From the NCBI GenBank assembly GCA_003345555.1, contig PRDJ01000041.1, positions 30,001-62,000 on the forward strand: 32,000 nucleotides of DNA, read 5' to 3'. The position numbers and the translations under genes were made by a program. Under the pieces are notes generated by a model that was not told the DNA's origin, made no database searches, and saw nothing but the letters and a program-made list of their open reading frames with translations. The stretch comes from Candidatus Thorarchaeota archaeon (GTDB lineage Archaea; Asgardarchaeota; Thorarchaeia; Thorarchaeales; Thorarchaeaceae). Below are positions 7,855-17,555 of the stretch, piece after piece. Every line of letters starts with the position of its first letter. Position 1 is the first letter of the stretch.

Positions 7855-9063
7855 CTAGACGAGAAGAGAAACAGCGGCTCCTGGTCTCTTTCGTACAATT
7901 CGGCGTGTCAGTTTTGTCTTGACGGCTTTTGGTGTCAACAGCCCACCAAGCAAAGCTGCAATCAGGTAGTTGGCATACGAGTCGTCCCTGAAGAACTGAC
8001 ACAGCGTTTCCATGTTCTTTGTGCGCTTATAGAAAAGACTCGCCATGGACGAAGAAACCATCAGGTCGCTGATAATGGTCTTTCTGCATTGTTCGCGGTA
8101 GTTGCTTAGCAATCGAGGGTCTTTGACTGCATCTTTTAGAACAGATCCAGCGACTATCCCTGAATGTATCGCGTACGGTATTCCTTCACCCGTAAACGCA
8201 TCTACGAAACCCGCAGCATCGCCCACAAGGAGCGCACGTCCCTTCGCAATTTCCTCGGCCGGAACAATGGGAAAGCGTGCACCAGAATCCGAGACGATTT
8301 CTGGGTCGATGGAGTATTGCGCCTTGAACTTGGCGAACCACTTGTTGAACGTGCCTCGGATGTCCTGCGTAATGTCCTGTCTGCACCATGCCCCGAGACT
8401 CAGCACCGACCGCTTCGGGAAACACCATATGTATCCATTAGGCAGGTCTCCGAACCACAGCAAGAGAAGCTCCGCGTCGTAACCACCGGGTTCTCCACAT
8501 ATCTCTCTGACCTTGCTGGCTCCGACCTCGGCTTCCATCTCGATTGCAACGCCAGCGGTCTTCCCTTCCCAACCACGATAGAATCCCAGTTCCTTTGCCA
8601 CAATACTGTTGATTCCGTCCGCGCCCACGATGAACTTCGCTGAGATTGTCTCGTTCTCTGATGTTGTGGCGACAACCCGATCTAACTGTTGATCAACCTT
8701 TGTGATTCGTGTTTCTTCTTTCGTCTCAGCACCTGCCTCGACCGCCTTTTGGAAAAGCAGATTGTCAAACTGCTCACGCATGACCGTGTATCCCGGTTTC
8801 GAACGATCCTGCGGGACACAGTCCACGCGAAATCCTGACGGCGAAAACAGGGCAAGTCCACTTATGCGCCTGTGTAAGGTCTCTTTTGGATCGAAGTCTA
8901 GCAGCTCTGTGACAAAATGGCGAATGCCCCCAGCACAGGGCTTGTCTCTCGGGAACTTGGCCTTGTCAACCAACACCACTCTCAACCCAGCCTGCGCGGC
9001 TCTTCTGGCAGTCGTTGATCCGGCCGGGCCTGCGCCAACTATGATAGCGTCGTAGTCGCTCAT
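7855..9063 (-). CDS. Geranylgeranyl reductase family FAD oxidoreductase
   Basis: IVGAGPAGS, DKAKFPRDKPCAGG, REQFD, GADG.NS, PNGYIWCFP and GDAAGFVDAFTGEGI. Confidence 0.93.
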   Translation of the reverse strand: MSDYDAIIVGAGPAGSTTARRAAQAGLRVVLVDKAKFPRDKPCAGGIRHFVTELLDFDPKETLHRRISGLALFSPSGFRVDCVPQDRSKPGYTVMREQFDNLLFQKAVEAGAETKEETRITKVDQQLDRVVATTSENETISAKFIVGADGINSIVAKELGFYRGWEGKTAGVAIEMEAEVGASKVREICGEPGGYDAELLLLWFGDLPNGYIWCFPKRSVLSLGAWCRQDITQDIRGTFNKWFAKFKAQYSIDPEIVSDSGARFPIVPAEEIAKGRALLVGDAAGFVDAFTGEGIPYAIHSGIVAGSVLKDAVKDPRLLSNYREQCRKTIISDLMVSSSMASLFYKRTKNMETLCQFFRDDSYANYLIAALLGGLLTPKAVKTKLTRRIVRKRPGAAVSLLV

Positions 9064-9311
9064 GAAGTGAACCTGAGGTCATGCCTATGTTAGTTGCCTC
9101 TGTTAAGTAATACGGTCAATTGCTTTCGAAACATAGTTCAGTAACTATAGAAATGGCATGTCTGTGGTCCAGGTATGTAGGGCCGGTATTCTTCTCCCAT
9201 ACAATCTGGAATTGCATTCAAATGGGAAGAAAGAGAATAAGGGAAGTCACCTTTCCGACAGGTTACATATGCATTTGAACGGCATTTCAGTTGACGCGAG
9301 GAATGGCTCGA

Positions 9312-9319
9312 TTATATAA
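9312..9319 (+). promoter_or_regulatory. Putative TATA box of the hydrogenase operon
   Basis: TTATATAA about 55-70 nt upstream of the first gene. Confidence 0.5.
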
Positions 9320-9374
9320 GTAGGTTAGTTTCCGAGGCCAGACAACTCACGCAGAATCGGTCGGGTGTCTTCAC

Positions 9375-10409
9375 GTGCGGATATTAAAAATGCAACCCAA
9401 GTTCCTCGAGGTATTCCTCGAGAGTACAGAGAAGTTCGGCACCCTGTATGGTCCTGTCGTCAGAAATGACATACTTACGTATGACAAGGCCCAGAACGCA
9501 GCAGAGTTGGTCCCGAACTTGTGTGAGAAGACTATGATTCCTGCAAAGAAGCTGTTTCATCCGATGAGGTTTGACATGTTCAAGTTCGATGAGAACGGCT
9601 TCGTGCCGGACTACTCCATGATTGAGAGAAGAGTTGTCGTCGGTCTGCATCCTTGCGAGATCCATGGTCTGTTGACCCTAGACAGAGTTCTCGGGAGTGC
9701 TCCTCCTGATCCGTATTACATGGAACAAAGGAAGAACTCAGTGATCGTTGGCTGGTCCTGTGCCGTCTGCAACAACGCCCTCTGCAAGAGTACCAACACG
9801 GACATGATTCAGGAAGGATTTGATCTATTCTTTGTCGACGTGGGCGAATTCTACTTAGTATGGATTGGCTCAAGTATCGGCTATGATATGATTCACGAGA
9901 AAGAGGAGTTCTTTGACGATAAGGTCACGCATGAGGATTTGGATGCTTACACCGAATGGCGCAAAAAGCGCAATGCTTCGTTCCTGAAATCCTTCAATTT
10001 CGACAACATGCCCGATATTATGGACATGACCTTTGCAAGTGAGGTCTGGAGCTACTTCGCTGACAAGTGCATATCTTGTGGTCAGTGCTCAATGGTCTGT
10101 CCCACATGCAACTGCTACAATGTCACAGATCAATTTGATGTGACGAACGCCTTGAAAGGAAAACGCGAAAGAATGTGGGACAGTTGCATGTTTGCTGACT
10201 ACAGCCTTGTGGCCGGAGGCCACAACTTCCGAGGTGCAAGAGCAGACCGCCTGAAGCTCTGGTATACCCACAAACTGAAGGCCTATGGAGGAGAGTTCGG
10301 AAAGCCTGGTTGTGTCGGTTGCGGCAGGTGCGTTGAGTACTGTCCCGTTGACATCAATGTCCTGACGATTTCGGAGGCGCTCACAACTGGGGAGGTGCCC
10401 AAGCAATGA
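9375..10409 (+). CDS. hydB: Group 3b [NiFe]-hydrogenase beta subunit (Fe-S, AsrA-like)
   Basis: GLHPCEI, CISCGQCSMVCPTCNC, WDSC and GCVGCGRCVEYCP; ATGA overlap with the next gene. Confidence 0.93.
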   Translation: MRILKMQPKFLEVFLESTEKFGTLYGPVVRNDILTYDKAQNAAELVPNLCEKTMIPAKKLFHPMRFDMFKFDENGFVPDYSMIERRVVVGLHPCEIHGLLTLDRVLGSAPPDPYYMEQRKNSVIVGWSCAVCNNALCKSTNTDMIQEGFDLFFVDVGEFYLVWIGSSIGYDMIHEKEEFFDDKVTHEDLDAYTEWRKKRNASFLKSFNFDNMPDIMDMTFASEVWSYFADKCISCGQCSMVCPTCNCYNVTDQFDVTNALKGKRERMWDSCMFADYSLVAGGHNFRGARADRLKLWYTHKLKAYGGEFGKPGCVGCGRCVEYCPVDINVLTISEALTTGEVPKQ

Positions 10410-11257
10410 TTGCAGCACAAGAGTATCAGAACCCCTTCCAGCCAGAACCAGCGAGGATTGTGCGTCAGTACGATCTCATTGACAATCATAGATTCCTGCA
10501 AGTCAGGCACAGAAACATGAACCGTGCTATGTCCTTCACATACAGGCCCGGTCAGTTCATGATGGTTTCCTTGCCCGGAGTAGGTGAGTCCCCCTTCTGT
10601 CTGTCCTCTACTCCAAGCCGTCCAGGCATTATCGAGTTCGGAATACGCAGAGTTGGTAAGGTGACAAAAGCAATCTTCCAGAAGAAGGACAATGACACAG
10701 TTTACATACGGGGTCCTTACGGCCAAGGTTTCTCTCTGGAAGACATGATTGGAAAGGATATCCTCATTGTGGCCGGAGGACTTGGAGTCATGCCCTTGAG
10801 GTCGATTCTGTACTACGTCATGGACAACAGAGACCAATTCGGTAGGGTATTCTTCCTATATGGTGCAAGAAACCCCGATGAGATTCTGTTCAAGACCGAA
10901 TTCTTCCAGCTAAAGGAACGAGAAGACATAACTTGCCTGTACACAGTGGACAAGGATACAACAGGGAAGTGGACGGAGAACGTCGGAGTTGTGACTACTC
11001 TCTTTTCCAAGCTTCCTCCAATCGATCCTTCGAATGTCAATGCTATTGTGTGTGGGCCACCTGTCATGTACCGGTTCTGCATCGAGAAATTCCTGAACCT
11101 CAAGATTCCCAAGACGCAGATTCAGATGTCACTGGAGAGGCGCATGCATTGCGGTATCGGCAAGTGCGGACACTGTGTCTTGGATCACCTTTACACCTGC
11201 ATTGACGGGCCCATATTCACGTATTGGGACACACTTCACTTCAGGGAGTTGATATGA
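10406..11257 (+). CDS. hydG: Group 3b hydrogenase gamma subunit (FAD/NAD(P), [2Fe-2S])
   Basis: PGQFMMV, RGPYG, GGLG, CGPPVM and SLERRMHCGIGKCGHC...CIDGP. Confidence 0.95.
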   Translation: MIAAQEYQNPFQPEPARIVRQYDLIDNHRFLQVRHRNMNRAMSFTYRPGQFMMVSLPGVGESPFCLSSTPSRPGIIEFGIRRVGKVTKAIFQKKDNDTVYIRGPYGQGFSLEDMIGKDILIVAGGLGVMPLRSILYYVMDNRDQFGRVFFLYGARNPDEILFKTEFFQLKEREDITCLYTVDKDTTGKWTENVGVVTTLFSKLPPIDPSNVNAIVCGPPVMYRFCIEKFLNLKIPKTQIQMSLERRMHCGIGKCGHCVLDHLYTCIDGPIFTYWDTLHFRELI

Positions 11258-11258
11258 G

Positions 11259-12050
11259 ATGGCCGATCAAAAAGAGAAGGTTTTGGCAAAGCCCAAAGTG
11301 GGCATTTACGGCTTCACGGGTTGCGCAGGGGACCAGCTCCTCATCATCCACTCGGAGGATCACCTGCTGGACCTATTCAATGCTGTTGACATCAGATCCT
11401 TCGTGATGGCCTCAAGCAAGCCGATAGAACAAGAGCTCGATGTTGCACTAGTCGAGGGCAGTATCAGCACCGAAGAGGAAAAGGCGCACGTGAAGGAAAT
11501 CCGGAGCCGAGCAAAGGTGCTTGTAGCGATAGGTAATTGCGCGGTGAGCGGTGGACCCCAAGCCATGTTCGCCGCAGATGGCGAGTTTGCGCAGAGACTA
11601 AAGCAGGTGTATGGCGAGACCAAGTTCATCACTGACCCCGTCGAAGCAACGCCGATTGATGCCCACATTACCGTCGATTATTATCTGCCCGGATGTCCCA
11701 TCAGCGCACCGCAGACGTTCGCTCTTCTTTCCAGACTCATTCATGGGGCTTCACCAGATGACTATATGCATCCGGTCTGCCATGAATGCAAGATGAACGA
11801 GAACCGGTGCTTCTTAGTTGACAAGAAATTCTGCCTTGGGTCCATAACCGCAGGAGGATGTGGTTCTGCTTGTATCAACGTCGGCCTTCCCTGTGTTGGA
11901 TGTTGGGGTCCGAACCGAGATGGCAACTTCGCCAGTGTGGTCAAGCAGCTTATTTCCTACGGGATTGCGTACGAAGATATCATGCGACGCATTCGCAACT
12001 ATGGGGGACACAAGATACTCCAGTACATCAAGGATGTCAAAGTGAGGTGA
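11259..12050 (+). CDS. hydD: Group 3b hydrogenase small (delta) subunit
   Basis: GCAGDQL, VEGSIS, GNCAVSGG, PGCP, VCHECK and CLGSITAGGC...C...CVGCWG. Confidence 0.93.
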   Translation: MADQKEKVLAKPKVGIYGFTGCAGDQLLIIHSEDHLLDLFNAVDIRSFVMASSKPIEQELDVALVEGSISTEEEKAHVKEIRSRAKVLVAIGNCAVSGGPQAMFAADGEFAQRLKQVYGETKFITDPVEATPIDAHITVDYYLPGCPISAPQTFALLSRLIHGASPDDYMHPVCHECKMNENRCFLVDKKFCLGSITAGGCGSACINVGLPCVGCWGPNRDGNFASVVKQLISYGIAYEDIMRRIRNYGGHKILQYIKDVKVR

Positions 12051-12056
12051 CTGTGA

Positions 12057-13349
12057 TTGGCAGCAAAAAACAGCATCATGATTGAACCCCTGGCAAGAGT
12101 CGAAGGTCACGGCGGCATCAAGGTAGACATCAAGGGTAACAAGGTCAGTAACGTCGAGGTTCAGGTCTTGGAAGGGCCAAGGCTCTTCGAAGCACTAGCC
12201 GTGGGCAAGACAGCTGAGGAAGACTTGAGCCTTGTGCCTAGGATATGTGCAATCTGTAACCTATCTCACAAGTACGCAGCACTAAGAGGTCTTGAGAAGG
12301 CCCTCGGTGTCCAGGTTCCAGAGATGACAAGGACCTATCGACAGCTCATGCACCATGGTGAGATGATAGAGAGTCATAGTCTCCACCTCTACTTCTTGGC
12401 GCTCCCCGACTTCCTCGGGTATCCAAATGCAGTCGCCATGGCCGGCAAGTACGGTGAGGTCGTTACGAATGCTCTGAAGATGAAGAAGTTCGGCAACTTC
12501 GTCATGAGAACTATGGGAGGGAGAATGATTCATGGAGAAAATCCTATACTGGGAGGGTTCGGAAAACTCCCGGATGACAAGACGCTAGTTGCAATACGCG
12601 ACGAGGCTTCCGAGTTGATTCCGTTTGCACTCGAGACAATCGACATGCTAGGAATCTTGCAGGTTCCGGACTTCATGGAGCGGGATACGCAGTTCCTGTG
12701 TCTCAAACCTCCGCATAATGAGTACGACTACTATGGTGATACTCTAGTCACATCAGACGGCAAAGAAACGCTAATCGAAGACTACAGAGACGCAATTACT
12801 GAACGCGTCGTTGCCCACAGTTTTGCCAAGCGTTGCGCCTACCTCGGAAAACCATTTACCGTTGGCGCACTTGCAAGAGTCCTCCTGCTCGGTGATCGTT
12901 TGAAAGGCGAGGCCAAGAAGAGCTACAAGAAGCTGGCCAACAAGCGCTGGCCGAGAAACCCTCTGTACAATAACTTCGCTCAGGCAGTGGAGATGGTCTA
13001 TTCTCTCGAAGGGATAGTTTCGACTGTAGACAAGCTCTTGGGACAAGATCAACCGAAGATAGCCAAGGCCACGAAGCAAACAGGCGTGGGCACTGGCGGC
13101 GTCGAGGCACCGCGAGGCACACTGATCCACCATTACGAGATGAAAGACGGGAGAATCACTTCCGCCGACATAATCACCCCTACAGCCATGTTTCTGGATG
13201 ACATTGAGGCGTTCATTCGTAAGGGCGGTGACGACCTCCTGACCAAGGGCCAAAAGCAGAACCTTGAACTTCAATTCGAGATGGTCGCTCGGGCGTACGA
13301 TCCATGCATAAGCTGCAGTGCTCACTTCGTGAGCGTTGACTATAAGTGA
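12057..13349 (+). CDS. hydA: Group 3b [NiFe]-hydrogenase large (alpha) subunit
   Basis: ARVEGHG, L1 motif RICAIC, EAPRGTLIHHY, L2 motif DPCISCSAH (all Cys, no Sec) and a short cleavable tail FVSVDYK. Confidence 0.97.
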   Translation: MAAKNSIMIEPLARVEGHGGIKVDIKGNKVSNVEVQVLEGPRLFEALAVGKTAEEDLSLVPRICAICNLSHKYAALRGLEKALGVQVPEMTRTYRQLMHHGEMIESHSLHLYFLALPDFLGYPNAVAMAGKYGEVVTNALKMKKFGNFVMRTMGGRMIHGENPILGGFGKLPDDKTLVAIRDEASELIPFALETIDMLGILQVPDFMERDTQFLCLKPPHNEYDYYGDTLVTSDGKETLIEDYRDAITERVVAHSFAKRCAYLGKPFTVGALARVLLLGDRLKGEAKKSYKKLANKRWPRNPLYNNFAQAVEMVYSLEGIVSTVDKLLGQDQPKIAKATKQTGVGTGGVEAPRGTLIHHYEMKDGRITSADIITPTAMFLDDIEAFIRKGGDDLLTKGQKQNLELQFEMVARAYDPCISCSAHFVSVDYK

Positions 13350-13453
13350 GTTAATCGTCCCACACAAATCGGACTCACACTCCGCAAGAAGGTCCCGTCT
13401 CGGGCAACCAGACGTACGGAGAGAACCCCCTCGTCCAACACGTCGAGACTCGG

Positions 13454-16111
13454 GTGTGGCTAGAGCTCAGTGAAACATTGGGGGATTATCCCACGAGATA
13501 CAATCTGCAGTTTCTCAAGAGCCGCGGAATCATGGCTGATGCCGTTGAGCACACTGCAGTCATTGACGGGAGGACGATTCGCTATGCTCACAGCGGCTCA
13601 GCAGGCATGGTGTACACCGAGATTGAGAACGGCACTGATCCCTGTCACATCGTTGAATCATTATCGTCTAATCTCATGTTCGATTATGCGTGGGTGCTGG
13701 GCGAACAGGCAAGCATCCACAGGACTTTCGGTGATATGAGATGTGTCAAATTGGATGAACAAGATTGCTGCTACTCCAGTGAACGTCACGCCGCACTTCG
13801 CCTCCGTATTGAGGCAGGTTCGATTCCCAAGCTTTTCGACAGCAAGAAGGATTACGAGCGGCTGGGCTCACGAATCTGGACCTTCGCCCTTGCATATGCT
13901 CAAGCAATGGATGATTCGCACCCAATGAAGGACAGGCTCCTCGAGGTGATGGGTGTAATTAACGAATTGTTGATTGCTGCTCTCCGCAAGCGAACAGCCG
14001 AGAGTGGTTCTGACGCTTGGCAACACTCTTTGCAGAGCGGCATCAGAACATCATCTGCCAATGGACTTCAGGAGGAACTTCAGACACTTCTCACGGCAGA
14101 TTCCTTGCTGCTTGAATCAACGGAAATGATAAGACCGGGCTTTCTTAACTGGATTTACGAGAACATTACCTGTTCACTCTTGAACGTCCGAGATGATTCC
14201 AATTCTGCAATGCTTCAGCCGAGAGGACTGAAGCGCAACAACAGAAGAACCGGCTCCTATTACACGCCAGATCACATAACTCGGTACATAGCCAGCAACT
14301 CATTGCGGCACTGGCTGAAAAAAAGAACGAGCATTGATTTAGCCGACCCGGAGCAGCTGTTGAAAATCACAGAGGAACAACGTGACAAAGCTCTCAATCT
14401 GCTTCGGAATGTGAGGATACTCGACCCGGCTGTTGGCGGCGGCGTGTTCCTGATAGCGGCGGGCGAATGGCTTGAGGCCGCCAGACTACTCCTTGGAGAT
14501 CAATCCCCACGGCATATTCTCCGTGCGAACATAATCAACATGAATCTGAATGGTGTCGACATAATGACAGGAGCGGTGGACCTCTGCAGAGCGAGATTGA
14601 GGCTTTGGTATCTCTCATCATTGTCGGAGAGTTCAGAACCCGAGGAACTTGAGATCGACCAAACAATAAGATGTGGCAATAGTCTCATTGGAGCCGCGGT
14701 CACAGAATCGCTCAAGAAAAGAGGAAGACAAAGCTGCAGAAAGATAGAGAATTCAAAAGGCGCAGGAGAGACTCCACGCCCACTTTCAGAACCTCAGTCA
14801 TTCGATTGGGGTCTGGAATTCAGTGAGATCATGGGCGACGAACTTCATGGTTTTGATCTCGTAATTGGAAATCCCCCTTACGGGAGCATCCTAAGTACTT
14901 CTGAAAGGAAAGCACTATCTAATACGTATGGAAGGCTCGCAAGCGGAGGAGAAGACGGAACTTGGAACACCGCTGCCTTCTTCATAGTTCGTTCCAAGAT
15001 GCTCCTGAAGGCAGGTGGCGAAATCGGACTCATTGTGCCGAATAGTGTTCTGAGGGTCCGCCAGTTCTTCAAGACAAGACTGTTCTTGCTTGAGCAAACG
15101 AAGATGTGGGAAATAGTCGATGAGGGCAGTCCATTCGAGGGCGTTACACTTGAAATGGTCAGCCTCTTTTGCACGGCAGAAGACGACGGCGGAGATCATG
15201 ACATCAGAGTTGTCTCCAGAAGACCGGGCATGGAAGGCGTGAACCATGTCCCATGGGATGTTTTGAAGTCGGCAAGAATCTTCGTTCTTTACTACGACGA
15301 TATTCTTGCCGGAATACTCCAGAGGGGTGTCAGAAACCTCGTAAGGGCTTCACGAGGAAAGGACATTCCAAGAGCCCATGTGAGTGAGAGGAGGAAAGGA
15401 AGATACACGACTCCGTATGCAACAAAAGGGCGCAGCGTAAAACGCTATGCTATTGACACTGGACACCTCATTCATGCCGACAAGTGGTTCAAGAAGGACG
15501 GCATCTTGATGGACTCATATTCAAACCGCTTTCTTCTCGCGACAAAGAACTATCCCTATCCCAGGTGCGTGATGAAACCAAAAGGAATGATTCATGGAGG
15601 GGGAGCCGTGAGAATTCAGCCAACAGATCAGAACGTCGACCCTGAGGCGCTAGGTGCAATACTCAACTCGCGAATGGTCAGATTCATGTGCACTCGCTAC
15701 TGGACGAACTACTCTCAGCTGACCACATGCATGAACACAGGCATCTTCGAGGACTTGCCTGTCGTATATCCAAAGGAGGACAGACCTCTAGCTCTTCTCT
15801 TCAGAAGCCTCAGTGAACTCTATAGCAAGCAGGCACCAAGCCCAGACGAACTGAAAGCAATCACATACCTTGAGAGAGTGACAGATGCAATCACGTATTC
15901 CTTGTACCTTGGTCGTGAACCCGACCTGGTCAAGGCGGTGAGCGATGTTCTCGACGGCCGAAAGGAACTGAATAGTGCGCAAGAGGTCTACGGCGAACTC
16001 GACCGTGTCGATGTCGAAAGGCACGTCACGAAGGTAATGGAGGACCCCATCGTCAAGAGGATTGAGTCCTCGCCGTTTATGCAAACAAGGGAGAACTCGC
16101 GCAGACGCTGA
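13454..16111 (+). CDS. N6-adenine DNA methyltransferase, Eco57I/TaqI-C (type IIG-like) architecture
   Basis: GSYYTP (motif X), ILDPAVGGGVF (I), GVDI (II), IRCGNSL (III), FDLVIGNPPY (IV) and a C-terminal TRD with LGAILNS. ATG 13532 is a likely alternative start. Confidence 0.9.
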   Translation: MWLELSETLGDYPTRYNLQFLKSRGIMADAVEHTAVIDGRTIRYAHSGSAGMVYTEIENGTDPCHIVESLSSNLMFDYAWVLGEQASIHRTFGDMRCVKLDEQDCCYSSERHAALRLRIEAGSIPKLFDSKKDYERLGSRIWTFALAYAQAMDDSHPMKDRLLEVMGVINELLIAALRKRTAESGSDAWQHSLQSGIRTSSANGLQEELQTLLTADSLLLESTEMIRPGFLNWIYENITCSLLNVRDDSNSAMLQPRGLKRNNRRTGSYYTPDHITRYIASNSLRHWLKKRTSIDLADPEQLLKITEEQRDKALNLLRNVRILDPAVGGGVFLIAAGEWLEAARLLLGDQSPRHILRANIINMNLNGVDIMTGAVDLCRARLRLWYLSSLSESSEPEELEIDQTIRCGNSLIGAAVTESLKKRGRQSCRKIENSKGAGETPRPLSEPQSFDWGLEFSEIMGDELHGFDLVIGNPPYGSILSTSERKALSNTYGRLASGGEDGTWNTAAFFIVRSKMLLKAGGEIGLIVPNSVLRVRQFFKTRLFLLEQTKMWEIVDEGSPFEGVTLEMVSLFCTAEDDGGDHDIRVVSRRPGMEGVNHVPWDVLKSARIFVLYYDDILAGILQRGVRNLVRASRGKDIPRAHVSERRKGRYTTPYATKGRSVKRYAIDTGHLIHADKWFKKDGILMDSYSNRFLLATKNYPYPRCVMKPKGMIHGGGAVRIQPTDQNVDPEALGAILNSRMVRFMCTRYWTNYSQLTTCMNTGIFEDLPVVYPKEDRPLALLFRSLSELYSKQAPSPDELKAITYLERVTDAITYSLYLGREPDLVKAVSDVLDGRKELNSAQEVYGELDRVDVERHVTKVMEDPIVKRIESSPFMQTRENSRRR

Positions 16112-16136
16112 CGCTTAAATAAGAGACAAGTGAACA

Positions 16137-16754
16137 GTGAGTCTGACGCCTATGGAACACAAAGATGAGAAGCCATCGGACACAGAGGATTCCTCAGACC
16201 TGTCAGATGAAATCGTCAGGTCAGTGCGGGAAGAGCAGAAGACTGATGATGGCCTCACAAGGCGTGAGCGTTTCATAGAAGAAAGCAAGCAGGCTGAGAG
16301 AATACGAAAGGCCAAGGAACTGAAGAAACAACTGCGTAAGAAGGAACTGGGGCTTGTAAAATACAGGTGGTCGCTGCTGATTCTGCTTGTGGCAGGGTTC
16401 CTATCTATTTCGACTCAGTTCCTTCCTGTAATGGTGCACCCCTCGGATGCAGGTTTTGACAACTTCGTTGACGGGTTCGTAAAATCGGGTAGTGTATTCT
16501 TCTTCTTTCCATTCATTGCTGGCGTAATCATGGTTGTTTGCGGTCTTCTAGCTTATAACAATCCAAAGTTCGCTTGGATTTCTCTGATACCAGGTATGAT
16601 GATGGCAATGTCCGGCATGACTGTCTACTTCCTGATCTCCTTTGGGTTGGAGGTAGACCCCTCAGCAACCTTCTCGGCCACAGGAACACCATTCACAATG
16701 CTGCTGATTGCCCTAGTCTCTGTTCTTGCAGTCCTTCTTCGCAACAGGGAGTGA
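16137..16754 (+). CDS. Hypothetical membrane protein (charged N-terminal helix plus about 4 TM)
   Basis: Acidic N-terminus, basic coiled segment, then four hydrophobic stretches. Confidence 0.8.
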   Translation: MSLTPMEHKDEKPSDTEDSSDLSDEIVRSVREEQKTDDGLTRRERFIEESKQAERIRKAKELKKQLRKKELGLVKYRWSLLILLVAGFLSISTQFLPVMVHPSDAGFDNFVDGFVKSGSVFFFFPFIAGVIMVVCGLLAYNNPKFAWISLIPGMMMAMSGMTVYFLISFGLEVDPSATFSATGTPFTMLLIALVSVLAVLLRNRE

Positions 16755-16800
16755 TGCATCTCGAATCGGACGCATTCTTGGCCTGAGTGGCGGCACTAGG

Positions 16801-17475
16801 TCAGCTCTCGGCCAAGATGAGATCGATGTATACTGTGAAGTACTGATGAGTGTTCTTCCATTGCACAGAGGTAGGCACTCCATCTGATAGAGTGATATTG
16901 CCAGGCCAGCCCCACATGGCGTCGATGCCATTGGACTGGATGTGTGCAAAGAAGAAATGATCAGGATAGACTTTCGAAGCAAAAGACCCCGGGTACGGGG
17001 GGAACCAAGGGGTCTCATCTGGATAGAGAGAGTCAATGAATGGCAATCCGCCAATGGGAAGAATGCATCCAGATGGTGCAGAAGCGATTATTCCCTCCAC
17101 GGCGTTCTGCAGCTCACTTCCATTCGCAAGTACGCAGTCCACTCTTGAAACGTTGACGATAGCTGAAAAGAATGTCGAGGAATCGAAAACGCCATCTAGA
17201 AGCGGTAAACTTGTCATGTTCGCCACTACTGTCGTGCCATTCAGGCCGAGTATGTCTTCGTAAGTCTGGTTTGATACGCCAAACATGAGAGACCAGGGAT
17301 AAGTCGCGTGGGTTCGGAGCTGATACCGAAACGTATCGCCGATGTGAACCCCCCATTCAAAGTTGGGTTCCGGGACAGGCAAGGGGCGTGTGACCCAGAA
17401 GACTCCAAAGCCTGCCAGAAATACTATGACCATCGTCGTAGCTGCAAGGCAGCGCCACTTCATTCTCCTTGCCAC
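16801..17475 (-). CDS. Hypothetical exported or membrane-anchored protein
   Basis: Basic N-terminus, one TM or signal segment (CLAATTMVIVFLAGFGVFWV), a Pro-rich linker and a beta-rich ectodomain. Confidence 0.75.
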   Translation of the reverse strand: MARRMKWRCLAATTMVIVFLAGFGVFWVTRPLPVPEPNFEWGVHIGDTFRYQLRTHATYPWSLMFGVSNQTYEDILGLNGTTVVANMTSLPLLDGVFDSSTFFSAIVNVSRVDCVLANGSELQNAVEGIIASAPSGCILPIGGLPFIDSLYPDETPWFPPYPGSFASKVYPDHFFFAHIQSNGIDAMWGWPGNITLSDGVPTSVQWKNTHQYFTVYIDLILAES

Positions 17476-17555
17476 ACTTCTCTCTTGTACGCCTTCTATT
17501 TCTGTATTGGGGTTTCGAGATGTGTCAAACTTGACAGCCGTATAGGGCGATTTGC

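Noticed and set aside
9134-9149. ATAGTT-CAGT-AACTAT upstream of the hydrogenase operon as a SurR site
   Set aside because: The spacing is GTT-N4-AAC, not the Thermococcales SurR GTT-N3-AAC, and there is only one copy. It may still be some other operator, but I cannot support that.
12057-13425. Selenocysteine in the hydrogenase large subunit, or a SECIS in the structured 3' region
   Set aside because: L1 and L2 use ordinary Cys codons (DPCISC), so no recoding is needed.
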